Part shown: one piece after another, positions 8,337 through 17,590 of the stretch | Layout: each line of letters opens with the position of its first letter | Position numbering within the stretch: the first letter of the stretch is position 1 | DNA from: Promethearchaeota archaeon | Lineage (GTDB): Archaea; Asgardarchaeota; Lokiarchaeia; Sigyniarchaeales; SOKP01 | Assembly: GCA_030606485.1 (NCBI GenBank) | Contig: JAUWGH010000006.1 | Location: 237,432-269,431, forward strand | Length of the DNA stretch: 32,000 nucleotides | Direction: 5' to 3' | Translations under genes and position numbers: made by a program | The notes under the pieces: generated by a model | Told to the model about the DNA's origin: nothing | The model's database searches: none | The model's input: only the letters and a program-made list of their open reading frames with translations

Positions 8337-10964
8337 TTATAACCATTTCTTTAAATCGGTTTTTGTTTTTGTTTTCCCAAATCTTGCTAATAAACCTTGC
8401 AAATAATTATGTTCTTTATGATTACTTGGAAAAAATTCTGCTAGAGCTTGCCCTACTTTCCATATATTTTCACCATATTTTTGTTCGATTTTTTTCACTT
8501 CAATATCTAAGTTTTTATCATTATTCTTCCATAAAATTGCCAAGAAATGCAGATTAGCGATTAAAGTTTCTAGATTTTCTCTATTTTTTAATAGAAAATC
8601 TTCTCTAGCCTGATTGCTGGCTAACAATAATTTAAACTTTTTATCTTTTAATTTTATTAATTTTTTCTTTCTTAAATCGTTCAATTCTCCAACTCCAAAA
8701 GATTGCGCTAATTTTAAAGCATCATCAAGATCGATTCCATTATTTCTAAAAAACCAGCACCAAATAATATAAAGATTTGTAATATCATCAATAGACTTGA
8801 TTACATTTTTCTCTAAAACAGTACCGAGTAAAAAGTCATTGACTATTTTTCGAACTAAATCTAAAAACTTTGATACTTTTACTGTTTGACCTGTTTTTTG
8901 GCTAAGTACATTCTTATATCTTGTAAAGATGTTTAGAGAGAATCCAATTGCAGATATAAAAAAGTCAGCTCCATAGATTTCTAAATCAACTAATAAATTT
9001 TTCAATTTTTTTATTAATTCATTTTCTAAAATATTTTTGAAATTGGTTTCAAAAAAGATTACTTCTTTCTTTTTGATTTTTTTAAATACTATTGCTATAC
9101 TAGATGCTAAAGCAACCTTATTATCATCTCTTATACCTCCTTTTTTTTCAGTTTCAATTGGCCATGCTGCAGATATTGTAAGATTTGATTCAATTATAGC
9201 TATTATTAACGCCTCCCATGCATCAACGGATTTGTGTGTAAACATAATTACTCCTATTCCATTAGGTTTCAATACTCGATGAAATTCCTTTAAAACTTTT
9301 GTTAAAGAATCCTCGTAAAATCTTTTAGCCTTTTTTTTATCTCCTTCATGTCTAAATCTACTTTGGATTATTTCGTCCTCTTTAGGAGTTAATGAAAAAA
9401 GAAATAATTCAGGAAAAATAGATTCTAAACATCTTTTTAACCAAATGTAAAAAAAATCGGATGGATTAGCATATAGCATCGCATCATAATAAGGTGGATC
9501 TGTAATTAGTAAATCTATTGAACCATCATCAAATTCTAAACTCATAGCATTTCCTTGTTTTATATTAACTGTGTTGGAAAAATTTAAATTGTTCTCTGAA
9601 ATTTTATCTATAAAATCTAAATATCTAATAGGTGTCCCTGAAAAATCGGTAAAAGGGTTTAATTCGGGATAATTCCCCTTCATAAAAATGCCTGCTCTAG
9701 ACCAAGTTTGAGCAATTATTTCATTACTATCATGCCAATGAGTGAATTTTGAATTATAATTAATGATTCGGGACAATATAAAAGATAAAAATAAAATAAC
9801 TGCTTTACTAAATTCTTTATCATCATACGAATTCGTTATCTCTATTAATATTTTTTTTAATTCTTCTGTATATAAAATACAAAATAACAATTGCCTTTCA
9901 TTGAAAAACTCTTTCCATTTTAAAATACCATAATTTTGAACCTGCCATCTTCTAACTTCTTTAGGTAATTGTTCATTCGGAATTAATTCTTTAAAGCTTT
10001 CTAATTTTTCCTTTACTGAATTAAAAATCTCTTCATCATTATCAGTAGATAATCTATATATTCTATCATTTGATTTTTCATCTTTTTCTATAACAATCAA
10101 TAATCTATCCTCAATTTTTTTTTCTCTAAATCTAGCCATAACCTCCTCATTAGCTAAAGTTAAACCACAAGCGGGACAAGTAATTTTCCCTCTTGAAAAG
10201 ATTTTATAATCTTTTGGTTCAAAATCAATTTCTTCATTTTTTTGAATTATAAAATTGATTTCATTATTTTCTTTGGCTTTTTTTATAACAGGCTTTAAAT
10301 AAATTTTCTTATTTTCTTTGTTTGCTAATTTTAAATTTGAAATCATAGGAATTTGGGCATTACAATTAGAATTCTTGCATTTAATTTGCTTTGCCCAAAG
10401 ATATACTAAAATTGTATTTTGATTCACTGGATTGATATAATAATTTTTTATTAGGCGTTTTAATTTATTTTTGAGAATTTTCCACCATTTTCTAATTTCT
10501 ATGATTAAAGTTTTATTATACCTTTGGATATACTCAGTTGTAGCCTTACCAATTAGAACTGCTATCGGATTAAGATCTATAGCATAGCTTTTTAAACCAA
10601 TTCTGGCAGCCTCTAATGGTATCGCAGTACCACCAGAAAAAGTATCCAGTAGCACAAATTTTCTTCCAGTATTTTTTTCAACGATTAAAGAATTTAATTT
10701 TTCTTTGAATGTAATCTGGTTTGGTAATCTTTTAAAATCGGAACAACTATCTATTATAAATTTTTTAATTCTTTTTCTATCTACCTTATTTATTGGGTAA
10801 TCAAATAGACAAGATAAAATTAATGCTCTACAAACTGATGTTGGTCTTCTTGCCCACCATACATGAATCCCTGATATATTATCAGGTGGAGTGGTTTTTT
10901 CTTTACTCCCTATAACAGATAACTCGACAATTGGAAATTCTTCTTCTATAAATCTCTTCACCAT
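8337..10964 (-). CDS. DUF1156-containing N6-adenine DNA methyltransferase with Zn ribbon
   Basis: N-terminal FIEEEFP...IHVWWARRP (DUF1156), motif I DTFSGG...IPLEAARIG, CKNSNC and CPACG Cys clusters, motif IV ITDPPYYD. Confidence 0.92.
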   Translation of the reverse strand: MVKRFIEEEFPIVELSVIGSKEKTTPPDNISGIHVWWARRPTSVCRALILSCLFDYPINKVDRKRIKKFIIDSCSDFKRLPNQITFKEKLNSLIVEKNTGRKFVLLDTFSGGTAIPLEAARIGLKSYAIDLNPIAVLIGKATTEYIQRYNKTLIIEIRKWWKILKNKLKRLIKNYYINPVNQNTILVYLWAKQIKCKNSNCNAQIPMISNLKLANKENKKIYLKPVIKKAKENNEINFIIQKNEEIDFEPKDYKIFSRGKITCPACGLTLANEEVMARFREKKIEDRLLIVIEKDEKSNDRIYRLSTDNDEEIFNSVKEKLESFKELIPNEQLPKEVRRWQVQNYGILKWKEFFNERQLLFCILYTEELKKILIEITNSYDDKEFSKAVILFLSFILSRIINYNSKFTHWHDSNEIIAQTWSRAGIFMKGNYPELNPFTDFSGTPIRYLDFIDKISENNLNFSNTVNIKQGNAMSLEFDDGSIDLLITDPPYYDAMLYANPSDFFYIWLKRCLESIFPELFLFSLTPKEDEIIQSRFRHEGDKKKAKRFYEDSLTKVLKEFHRVLKPNGIGVIMFTHKSVDAWEALIIAIIESNLTISAAWPIETEKKGGIRDDNKVALASSIAIVFKKIKKKEVIFFETNFKNILENELIKKLKNLLVDLEIYGADFFISAIGFSLNIFTRYKNVLSQKTGQTVKVSKFLDLVRKIVNDFLLGTVLEKNVIKSIDDITNLYIIWCWFFRNNGIDLDDALKLAQSFGVGELNDLRKKKLIKLKDKKFKLLLASNQAREDFLLKNRENLETLIANLHFLAILWKNNDKNLDIEVKKIEQKYGENIWKVGQALAEFFPSNHKEHNYLQGLLARFGKTKTKTDLKKWL

Positions 10965-10965
10965 T

Positions 10966-13900
10966 TCACTTAACCATGAATTTTTTCCAATTTTTTTCTA
11001 AGATGATATATCGTTTTGTTTCTAAAATTTTGTCGTATTCTAAATTTTCAGCAGGATTTTGAACCGGGAAGATCTCTGGGTTATCTAAAGCGTAATCAAC
11101 TACATATAGCCAAAAATCATCACCAAATCTTCCTGCCATAAACCATTCATTAGGAGTTATAAAAACATCTCCGCTTTCTGAATGGCCTTTAACTTCAATA
11201 TGTCTTATTTCCTCTGTTATTGGATCTTTAGATAAAATATCATAACCACATCTTGTTAAATGTACATCTTTAGGTTTTCTTCTATTATCCTTTTCGTACT
11301 GAATTACAACCTTCATTGCAGCATCATCTATTTTATTTTTATCAATCCCGTTTTCATAAATAATTGCCTTTTCTTTATCGAATTCCTCTTTCCCTTCAAT
11401 GATACTTTTTGGAATAACCATCAAAATCCCAAAGAGTTGAGGAACATTTAATGTTATTTCTTTTTCTTTTAGAATTTGGTCAAATTTTAGTTTTTTTTCA
11501 TAGATTAATTTTTCTTTATTTCTTTTTTCATTATTCAATGCTAATTCGTAATTTTCTCCAGCATCAATTTTTTCTTGATAGTGATATATTTTTGAGAGGC
11601 TTTCTGAAATCTTCAAATTCATATTATTTTCAATTGCTTTTTTTTTAATTTCATAATTTTCATTTTTATTTTTATTCAATTTTTCAAAATATTCAATTCT
11701 CAGTATGTTTTCTACTTCATTTTTTATAGAATTCCTTTCATTCATTAACTTTTTAATTTCAGAAAAGATATTTGAATTGATAACTTGATCAAAATTATTA
11801 TTAGGGATTAAATCCCAAATTATCAAAGGTGATACTTCTCTAATTTCCCCCTGAACATTTTGGTAAAGAGATAAAATTTTTTCAGAGACAATATTGTTAT
11901 TACCATCTGTAATCTTACTATTATAAAACCAAATAAGGCCTATCATTTGATTGTCTGGATCAATAAAAACAGCACCTTTAGATAATTGATCTGAAAAATT
12001 CAAAATACATCCTTCTATTAATGATTCTAATAAGGGATGTCCAGGTGCAACATAAGTTTTCTTACTGTCTTTCTTCCAAATTTTTTTGTTAAAAGTTATA
12101 TCTTTATATCGTTCTAATAAAGGTCCATATTGTATCTCTAAATTATAATCCCATAAATCACAAATTTTATTTGGTAATATGTGGATTTTATTAGTAGTAA
12201 TTTTACCGCCAAATGATAATAGTGCAATCTCGGTATATTCTTTAATATATTCTGGCCACAATCTGAATTCATCGGACTTTCTTACATCTTCATTTAAAAT
12301 AGATAAATCTAAATGTTTTTGAGCTAAACTTTCAGATGAGAGAAGTTTTTGTGCTCTTTCTATCAAATCGTTGTCCATTTGATCGATTTTTTCTAAGACA
12401 TCATCCCATCCATTTGGGGCATTTAAAGCAATTTTAAATAATTGGTTTAATCCGACATCTGTAAAAATTTCACCAATTACATCAAAAACTCTATCACTAC
12501 TTAATGCTTTTCTAATAGTATCAAGTTTCTCTAATAAGCGTTCTAAAACTCTTCCTTCCATTGTATTTTTTGCTACACAATTATAAATATAACAATCATG
12601 TGTCTGCAAATATCTATGTATTCGCCCCATTCGTTGTTCTAATCGATTCGGATTCCATGGTATATCATAATTTACCATAAGCCAGCAAAATTGTAAATTA
12701 ATTCCTTCGCCAGCTGCTTCTGTCGCAACCAATATTTGTTTTTGGTTTCTAAATCTCTCTTCTGCATTTATTCTTTCATTCATATTCATCATTCCATGTA
12801 TCGTTTCAACCTCAAAGCCCCAATCAATCAATTTTTCTTTTAAATATTCAAGAGTGTCTCTAAATTCGGTAAAAATAATTAATTTTTCCTTATTATCTCG
12901 AATTTCTCCTTTTAAAGTTTCCCACAGATTTTTTAGTTTTGCTTCCTCTCCAAGATTTTCTACCTCTTCAGTTAATTCTATTAGATCATTTAATTCCTTA
13001 ATTTCATAATTCAATTCGTCAATATTTTTTGCCATTGTTAAAACTTCTAGTTGTTTTTCTATTTCCCACCGTTCTTTTTCAGATTTTTCTTCAAAATCAC
13101 CAAATTTAAGAGCTTCTTGTAATTCTCTTTCTTTTTCGAGTAGATCTCTTGTGCCAAAATTTTTAACAAAATCACTTTCTTTAATTTTCTCAAATTTGTT
13201 TTTACGTCTAATTAAAGATTTTTTAATTGACCGAATACTCGAACACAATCTTCTCTGTAGAAGTATTAATGCAAAAGCTACAGTTTTCCTCCTTTCGCTT
13301 AAAGCCAAATTATAATTTGTTTTTACATAATTGCTTACTTTTTCATATAATTCTTTTTCTTTAGCTGACAACTCAAACTTTATTGTTTTTGGATATCTAT
13401 CAGGAAATAAAGGTCTCTTTTTGAAATCAACCATGTTCTCTTTTAACCTTCTGATAAAAATTTCATTCTGTTTACTTTCTAAGTTCTTTAATTGATTTTC
13501 TAATTGAAAATTTTTAGAGATCCCGAACATTTCTGGTTCTAGTAGAGAGAGAAAAAGTGTAAAATTATTCATATCCCCTCTGTGTGGGGTAGCTGTTAAA
13601 AAGAGTAAGTGAGCACAAATTTTAGATAATATTTCTCCCAGTAGATACCTTTGGGTTTTTACTATTTTCGACCCAGATAACTTTGCTGACATTTTATGTG
13701 CCTCGTCAACAATTATCAAATCCCATTTCTCATTCTTGATTTTATCCCTAACATCTGACTGCTTTAGAAAATCTATTGATGTTAATATCTGCGCTTCTTT
13801 TCTCCATACATTTTGGTTCCAAAAAGAATTTAAATATTTACGATCAATGTGAGTAAAATTTTCTGAGAATTTCTCTTTTAATTCTCTCATCCAATTATTT

Positions 13901-14379
13901 ATTAGATGTCCGGGAGATACAATTAAGATTTTTTTTATTAATTTTCTATATTTCAATTCTTTAAGTACTAATCCAGCCATAATTGTTTTTCCAGCCCCAG
14001 GATCGTCAGCTATTAAAAACCTTATATTGGGTCTTGGGAGTATGTAATTATAAACTGCTTCTAATTGATGAGGAAGAGGATCAATCTTAGAAATTCCTAC
14101 AGCAAAAAAAGGGTTATATTCGTAATTTATTCGAATTAATTTCCCTATTAGCACTAAAAAAAATTTAGTTGGATCTCCTTCAAAATCATTTTCTTCAAAA
14201 ATTTCAATTTCATTATAACGATTTAATTTTATAGAATGCTCAAAATATTCTTTATTGCTAATATAATAACCTTGAATAAGAATGTGATCATCTTCATTTA
14301 CTACTGAGATAATTTTAACAACTCCATCCCACCAGGGAGCTTTGACTTTTTTATTACTTAATTTTTTTAACTCTAAAAT
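10966..14379 (-). CDS. SNF2-family helicase with C-terminal DUF3883 (PD-(D/E)XK) nuclease; start extended 75 codons beyond the ORF track
   Basis: DPLPHQLEAV, ADDPGAGKT, DEAH, TATPH, TEAAGEGINLQ, PWNPNRLEQRMGRIHR; C-terminal GYDILS...IEVKG...TPNEW. The frame is open upstream of GTG 14154 to 14382 (KAPWWDGVVKII...FEGDPTKFFL). The ATT at 14379 sits 5 nt after GGTGAT. The exact start is uncertain. Confidence 0.88.
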   Translation of the reverse strand: MLELKKLSNKKVKAPWWDGVVKIISVVNEDDHILIQGYYISNKEYFEHSIKLNRYNEIEIFEENDFEGDPTKFFLVLIGKLIRINYEYNPFFAVGISKIDPLPHQLEAVYNYILPRPNIRFLIADDPGAGKTIMAGLVLKELKYRKLIKKILIVSPGHLINNWMRELKEKFSENFTHIDRKYLNSFWNQNVWRKEAQILTSIDFLKQSDVRDKIKNEKWDLIIVDEAHKMSAKLSGSKIVKTQRYLLGEILSKICAHLLFLTATPHRGDMNNFTLFLSLLEPEMFGISKNFQLENQLKNLESKQNEIFIRRLKENMVDFKKRPLFPDRYPKTIKFELSAKEKELYEKVSNYVKTNYNLALSERRKTVAFALILLQRRLCSSIRSIKKSLIRRKNKFEKIKESDFVKNFGTRDLLEKERELQEALKFGDFEEKSEKERWEIEKQLEVLTMAKNIDELNYEIKELNDLIELTEEVENLGEEAKLKNLWETLKGEIRDNKEKLIIFTEFRDTLEYLKEKLIDWGFEVETIHGMMNMNERINAEERFRNQKQILVATEAAGEGINLQFCWLMVNYDIPWNPNRLEQRMGRIHRYLQTHDCYIYNCVAKNTMEGRVLERLLEKLDTIRKALSSDRVFDVIGEIFTDVGLNQLFKIALNAPNGWDDVLEKIDQMDNDLIERAQKLLSSESLAQKHLDLSILNEDVRKSDEFRLWPEYIKEYTEIALLSFGGKITTNKIHILPNKICDLWDYNLEIQYGPLLERYKDITFNKKIWKKDSKKTYVAPGHPLLESLIEGCILNFSDQLSKGAVFIDPDNQMIGLIWFYNSKITDGNNNIVSEKILSLYQNVQGEIREVSPLIIWDLIPNNNFDQVINSNIFSEIKKLMNERNSIKNEVENILRIEYFEKLNKNKNENYEIKKKAIENNMNLKISESLSKIYHYQEKIDAGENYELALNNEKRNKEKLIYEKKLKFDQILKEKEITLNVPQLFGILMVIPKSIIEGKEEFDKEKAIIYENGIDKNKIDDAAMKVVIQYEKDNRRKPKDVHLTRCGYDILSKDPITEEIRHIEVKGHSESGDVFITPNEWFMAGRFGDDFWLYVVDYALDNPEIFPVQNPAENLEYDKILETKRYIILEKNWKKFMVK

Positions 14380-14384
14380 ACATT

Positions 14385-14390
14385 ATCACC
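14385..14390 (-). promoter_or_regulatory. Archaeal-type Shine-Dalgarno GGTGAT for the SNF2 gene
   Basis: The plus strand reads ATCACC at 14385-14390, immediately upstream of the extended SNF2 frame. Confidence 0.6.
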
Positions 14391-14603
14391 AAAAATATAA
14401 TTTAAATAAAAAAAATGTCGGATTATTATTGCCAATTCTTATAATTATAATTGGATCGATATAATATTTAAAATTTAACAAATTTTTTAAAAAAAAAACT
14501 TTTCCAAAACAGTAAAAAATATAAATTGGATTAGTAAAATTAAGTATATTCCCTATTCTTTTTAGAAAATTAGAAAAAAAATCGAAAAAATTGATAAAAT
14601 GAT

Positions 14604-15332
14604 ATGAATATGATTGAAGAGAGTAATAATCAATGTATAGAGAAAATTATTAATTTTATGGAAGATAGAATATCAAGAATTATGAATAATGAAACCCCTT
14701 TACCATTTTATAAAAGCGCAAAGATAGTACTTCATTTAATTCCTATTATCTCCTATAAAATAGGACAAAATTTCGATCTAACACAGATAAACTGGGCGTT
14801 TAATGGAATAAAGCCAATTAGACCTAATTATTCAACTTGGGATTATGAAATCTGTGCTAATAGTTATATAGCATATAATAAACCCCCAGAAGAGAATATG
14901 GTAGATTCTTATATTGAGATATTTACTAATGGAATTATTGAAGCTGTCGATGGTTATATACTCAAACCTCGCAATAATGATCTATGGATTCGGCCAATTA
15001 TGTTAGAAAATCATATAATTAAGTCAATTGGTGAATATTTAACAATTCTTCAAAATCTAAATATAGAACTACCGATATATCTCTACTTAAATCTACTGGG
15101 AATCAATGGATATAAAGTGTATGTTCATGAAGGATTTGAAGGACACCTTTCTTCTGAAATTATTGAAGATGATCGATTATTTACACCTGAAGTAATTATC
15201 AATAATTATAATTCTAGACCAGAAGATATATTAAAAAAGTGTTTTGATGCTATCTGGCAAGCCTCTGGACTCAAAGGATCTTATAACTATTATCAAAGTG
15301 GAGAACGGAAGCAAAGACCATATAAAGAATAA
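14604..15332 (+). CDS. Stand-alone domain resembling the C-terminal part of Schlafen/AlbA_2 domain proteins
   Basis: EDRISRIMNNETPLPFYKSAKIVLHLIP...SYIEIFTNGIIEAV...LPIYLYLNLLGINGY...CFDAIWQASG matches, from memory, the region C-terminal to AlbA_2 domains. No AlbA_2 domain is present here. Confidence 0.6.
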   Translation: MNMIEESNNQCIEKIINFMEDRISRIMNNETPLPFYKSAKIVLHLIPIISYKIGQNFDLTQINWAFNGIKPIRPNYSTWDYEICANSYIAYNKPPEENMVDSYIEIFTNGIIEAVDGYILKPRNNDLWIRPIMLENHIIKSIGEYLTILQNLNIELPIYLYLNLLGINGYKVYVHEGFEGHLSSEIIEDDRLFTPEVIINNYNSRPEDILKKCFDAIWQASGLKGSYNYYQSGERKQRPYKE

Positions 15333-15370
15333 TTCTTAGATTAAACGTTAATAATATACAATATTTTATA

Positions 15371-15565
15371 ATGAATGATCAAAAGAAAGATTTAAGTATA
15401 AAAATAAAAAAATCTGAAATCCTAAATTTTTTAGTGAATTACTTCAGATATGCGATTCTAATTGTGATGATTATATTAGATTTTGTTTTAGTTGATCCTC
15501 TTTTAAATTTGATAATCTCATTTAGTTTGATTTTGATTTATATATTTATCATTATTATTAAATAA
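15371..15565 (+). CDS. Small two-TM membrane protein
   Basis: 64 aa with two long hydrophobic stretches separated by DFVLVDP; co-oriented between two larger genes. Confidence 0.5.
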   Translation: MNDQKKDLSIKIKKSEILNFLVNYFRYAILIVMIILDFVLVDPLLNLIISFSLILIYIFIIIIK

Positions 15566-15628
15566 AAAAAAAATTATTATATTTTTATAATTTAATAAAA
15601 TAAATTATATTATTCTGGGAAATTAAAA

Positions 15629-17506
15629 ATGACAACTCCAACTACTAATTCAATAATTACCAAAGAAAATATGTTAGGTGTAATAAAAATTGCTGATTTA
15701 ATTGTTAAAAATGGTTTAGAAGATGCAGTTCTTAGTAGAGGCGAAGAGGCTGAAAGAAAACGAGAACTTTATCATAATGAGATAAGGCCTAAAATTGAAG
15801 ATTATATAAGAAAAAATAATAAAACTCCAAATCTCATTTTAAAAAAATTTTTGGATAATTATATCGATGAAAATAACCTAAAAGACGAAATTGAATCAAT
15901 AGGCCGCCATTTTTATGGTCAAAAATTATATGCTTATACATGGGCATCAATTACAAAAATAGATCCCAGTATTCCTAATAAAAAATTTTCTTTTTATCCT
16001 CAATTATACATTCTAATTAATAAAGATGGTATTAAATTTGGTTTTGATTATGGTTCTTATATCTCTAATGATAATGAGAAAGTAAAAATAGGCAAAAACG
16101 ATTCAGAAATACAAGAAAACATTGTTAATTTTATAAATACCAATCCTGCTTTAAAAATATATAAAAAATCAAATCCTAGCATAGAACCAAATCCGGAGGA
16201 CAAAATAACTCTAGTAACTCCAGAAAATTTTAAGGATAAATGGGATAAAAATATTCATATTATTAAGTTCATATCTGAGGAAAATATCCCAGATGATATC
16301 GAAGCAGAAATAAAATCAACATTTGATACTCTCCTCTTTATTTTTTCTAAAACCTCTTTATTAAATATTCAAATTGAGCAACCAGAAACAAACGGTGAGA
16401 CACTGCCTGAACAACCAGTTGCTCCACGCATACTCACTTATGGTGATATAAGAGCATCACTAAATATTTTTCATGATAAAATAAATCAATTAGGAGAAAT
16501 TGATCTAAAGAAAGAGAATTTATATTTTAAAAATGAAAAATCAATATTAACACAAATTAAAATTGCATTAGAAAAGGGTAAAAATCTTATTCTTATCGGA
16601 CCACCAGGTACCGGAAAATCGAAATTAGCAAAGGCTATTTGTGAATATATATGTGGTCCTAACATGTATGTTATGAGTACGGCAACATCAGATTGGTCTA
16701 CATTTGATACGATTGGTGGATACAGACCAAATGTTGAAGGATTATTGGAGTTTTTTCCTGGAATTTTTCTTCAATGTTTTATGGATGGAAAAACACCAGT
16801 AAATAAATGGTTGATAATAGATGAAATAAATAGAGCGGATATTGATAAAGCCTTTGGAGCATTATTTTCTGCCTTAACAGGTGATAATATACTATTACCA
16901 TTTGAAATTTCTAAACCAGGAGAAACAGGAGAAAAGATTAAGATTTTTGGAAAACCTATTGACAAAATAAAAATCAAACCAAATCACTTCATTATTCCCC
17001 AAGATTGGCGAATTATTGCAACAATGAATACTTTTGATAAGAGCTCTTTATATGAAATGAGTTATGCTTTTATGAGACGCTTTGCTTTCATTAATATTTC
17101 GATACCCTTTTTAACAAATGAGGCAGATTATGAAAATCTGATAACCTTTTACATTAAAATCTGGGAAAATATAACTGATAGTGATATCAATAGTGATGAG
17201 TCAAAAAAGGTAATTATAAAAAATTTAGCAAAGATGTGGTATGAAATTAGTAAATATCGAACAATCGGTCCAGCAATAATCGAAGATATTTATAAATATT
17301 TGCTATCAGATAACTCTGATTATATTTCCCCTTTAGATCTTTATGTTTTACCTCAATTTGAAGGTTTATCTGAACAAGATCAAATAGAATTCATAAGAGA
17401 AATTCAGAAAAAGGATTTTATTGGTAATAACAAGAGTGATTTAGTAAAATTTGCATCAGAATACTTCGGTATAAACAAAAATTTATTAAAACCAGAAGTA
17501 AAATGA
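15629..17506 (+). CDS. mcrB: McrB-family AAA+ GTPase with N-terminal DNA-recognition domain
   Basis: GPPGTGKS (Walker A), WSTFDTIGGY, LIIDEINRADIDKAFG (Walker B), IIATMNTFD (McrB NxxD signature), MSYAFMRRF. Confidence 0.9.
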   Translation: MTTPTTNSIITKENMLGVIKIADLIVKNGLEDAVLSRGEEAERKRELYHNEIRPKIEDYIRKNNKTPNLILKKFLDNYIDENNLKDEIESIGRHFYGQKLYAYTWASITKIDPSIPNKKFSFYPQLYILINKDGIKFGFDYGSYISNDNEKVKIGKNDSEIQENIVNFINTNPALKIYKKSNPSIEPNPEDKITLVTPENFKDKWDKNIHIIKFISEENIPDDIEAEIKSTFDTLLFIFSKTSLLNIQIEQPETNGETLPEQPVAPRILTYGDIRASLNIFHDKINQLGEIDLKKENLYFKNEKSILTQIKIALEKGKNLILIGPPGTGKSKLAKAICEYICGPNMYVMSTATSDWSTFDTIGGYRPNVEGLLEFFPGIFLQCFMDGKTPVNKWLIIDEINRADIDKAFGALFSALTGDNILLPFEISKPGETGEKIKIFGKPIDKIKIKPNHFIIPQDWRIIATMNTFDKSSLYEMSYAFMRRFAFINISIPFLTNEADYENLITFYIKIWENITDSDINSDESKKVIIKNLAKMWYEISKYRTIGPAIIEDIYKYLLSDNSDYISPLDLYVLPQFEGLSEQDQIEFIREIQKKDFIGNNKSDLVKFASEYFGINKNLLKPEVK

Positions 17507-17590
17507 GTTATTTTTCTTTAATTTCTTCCCAAATCCTAATAAAAAGAGTAAAAACCGCAGAAGTATTTTTAATCTCAATAGGTAATCAAT

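Noticed and set aside
17509-17586. 25-codon minus-strand frame LPIEIKNTSAVFTLFIRIWEEIKEK between mcrB and mcrC
   Set aside because: Protein-like but has no start codon and is too short; could be a gene remnant but cannot be supported.
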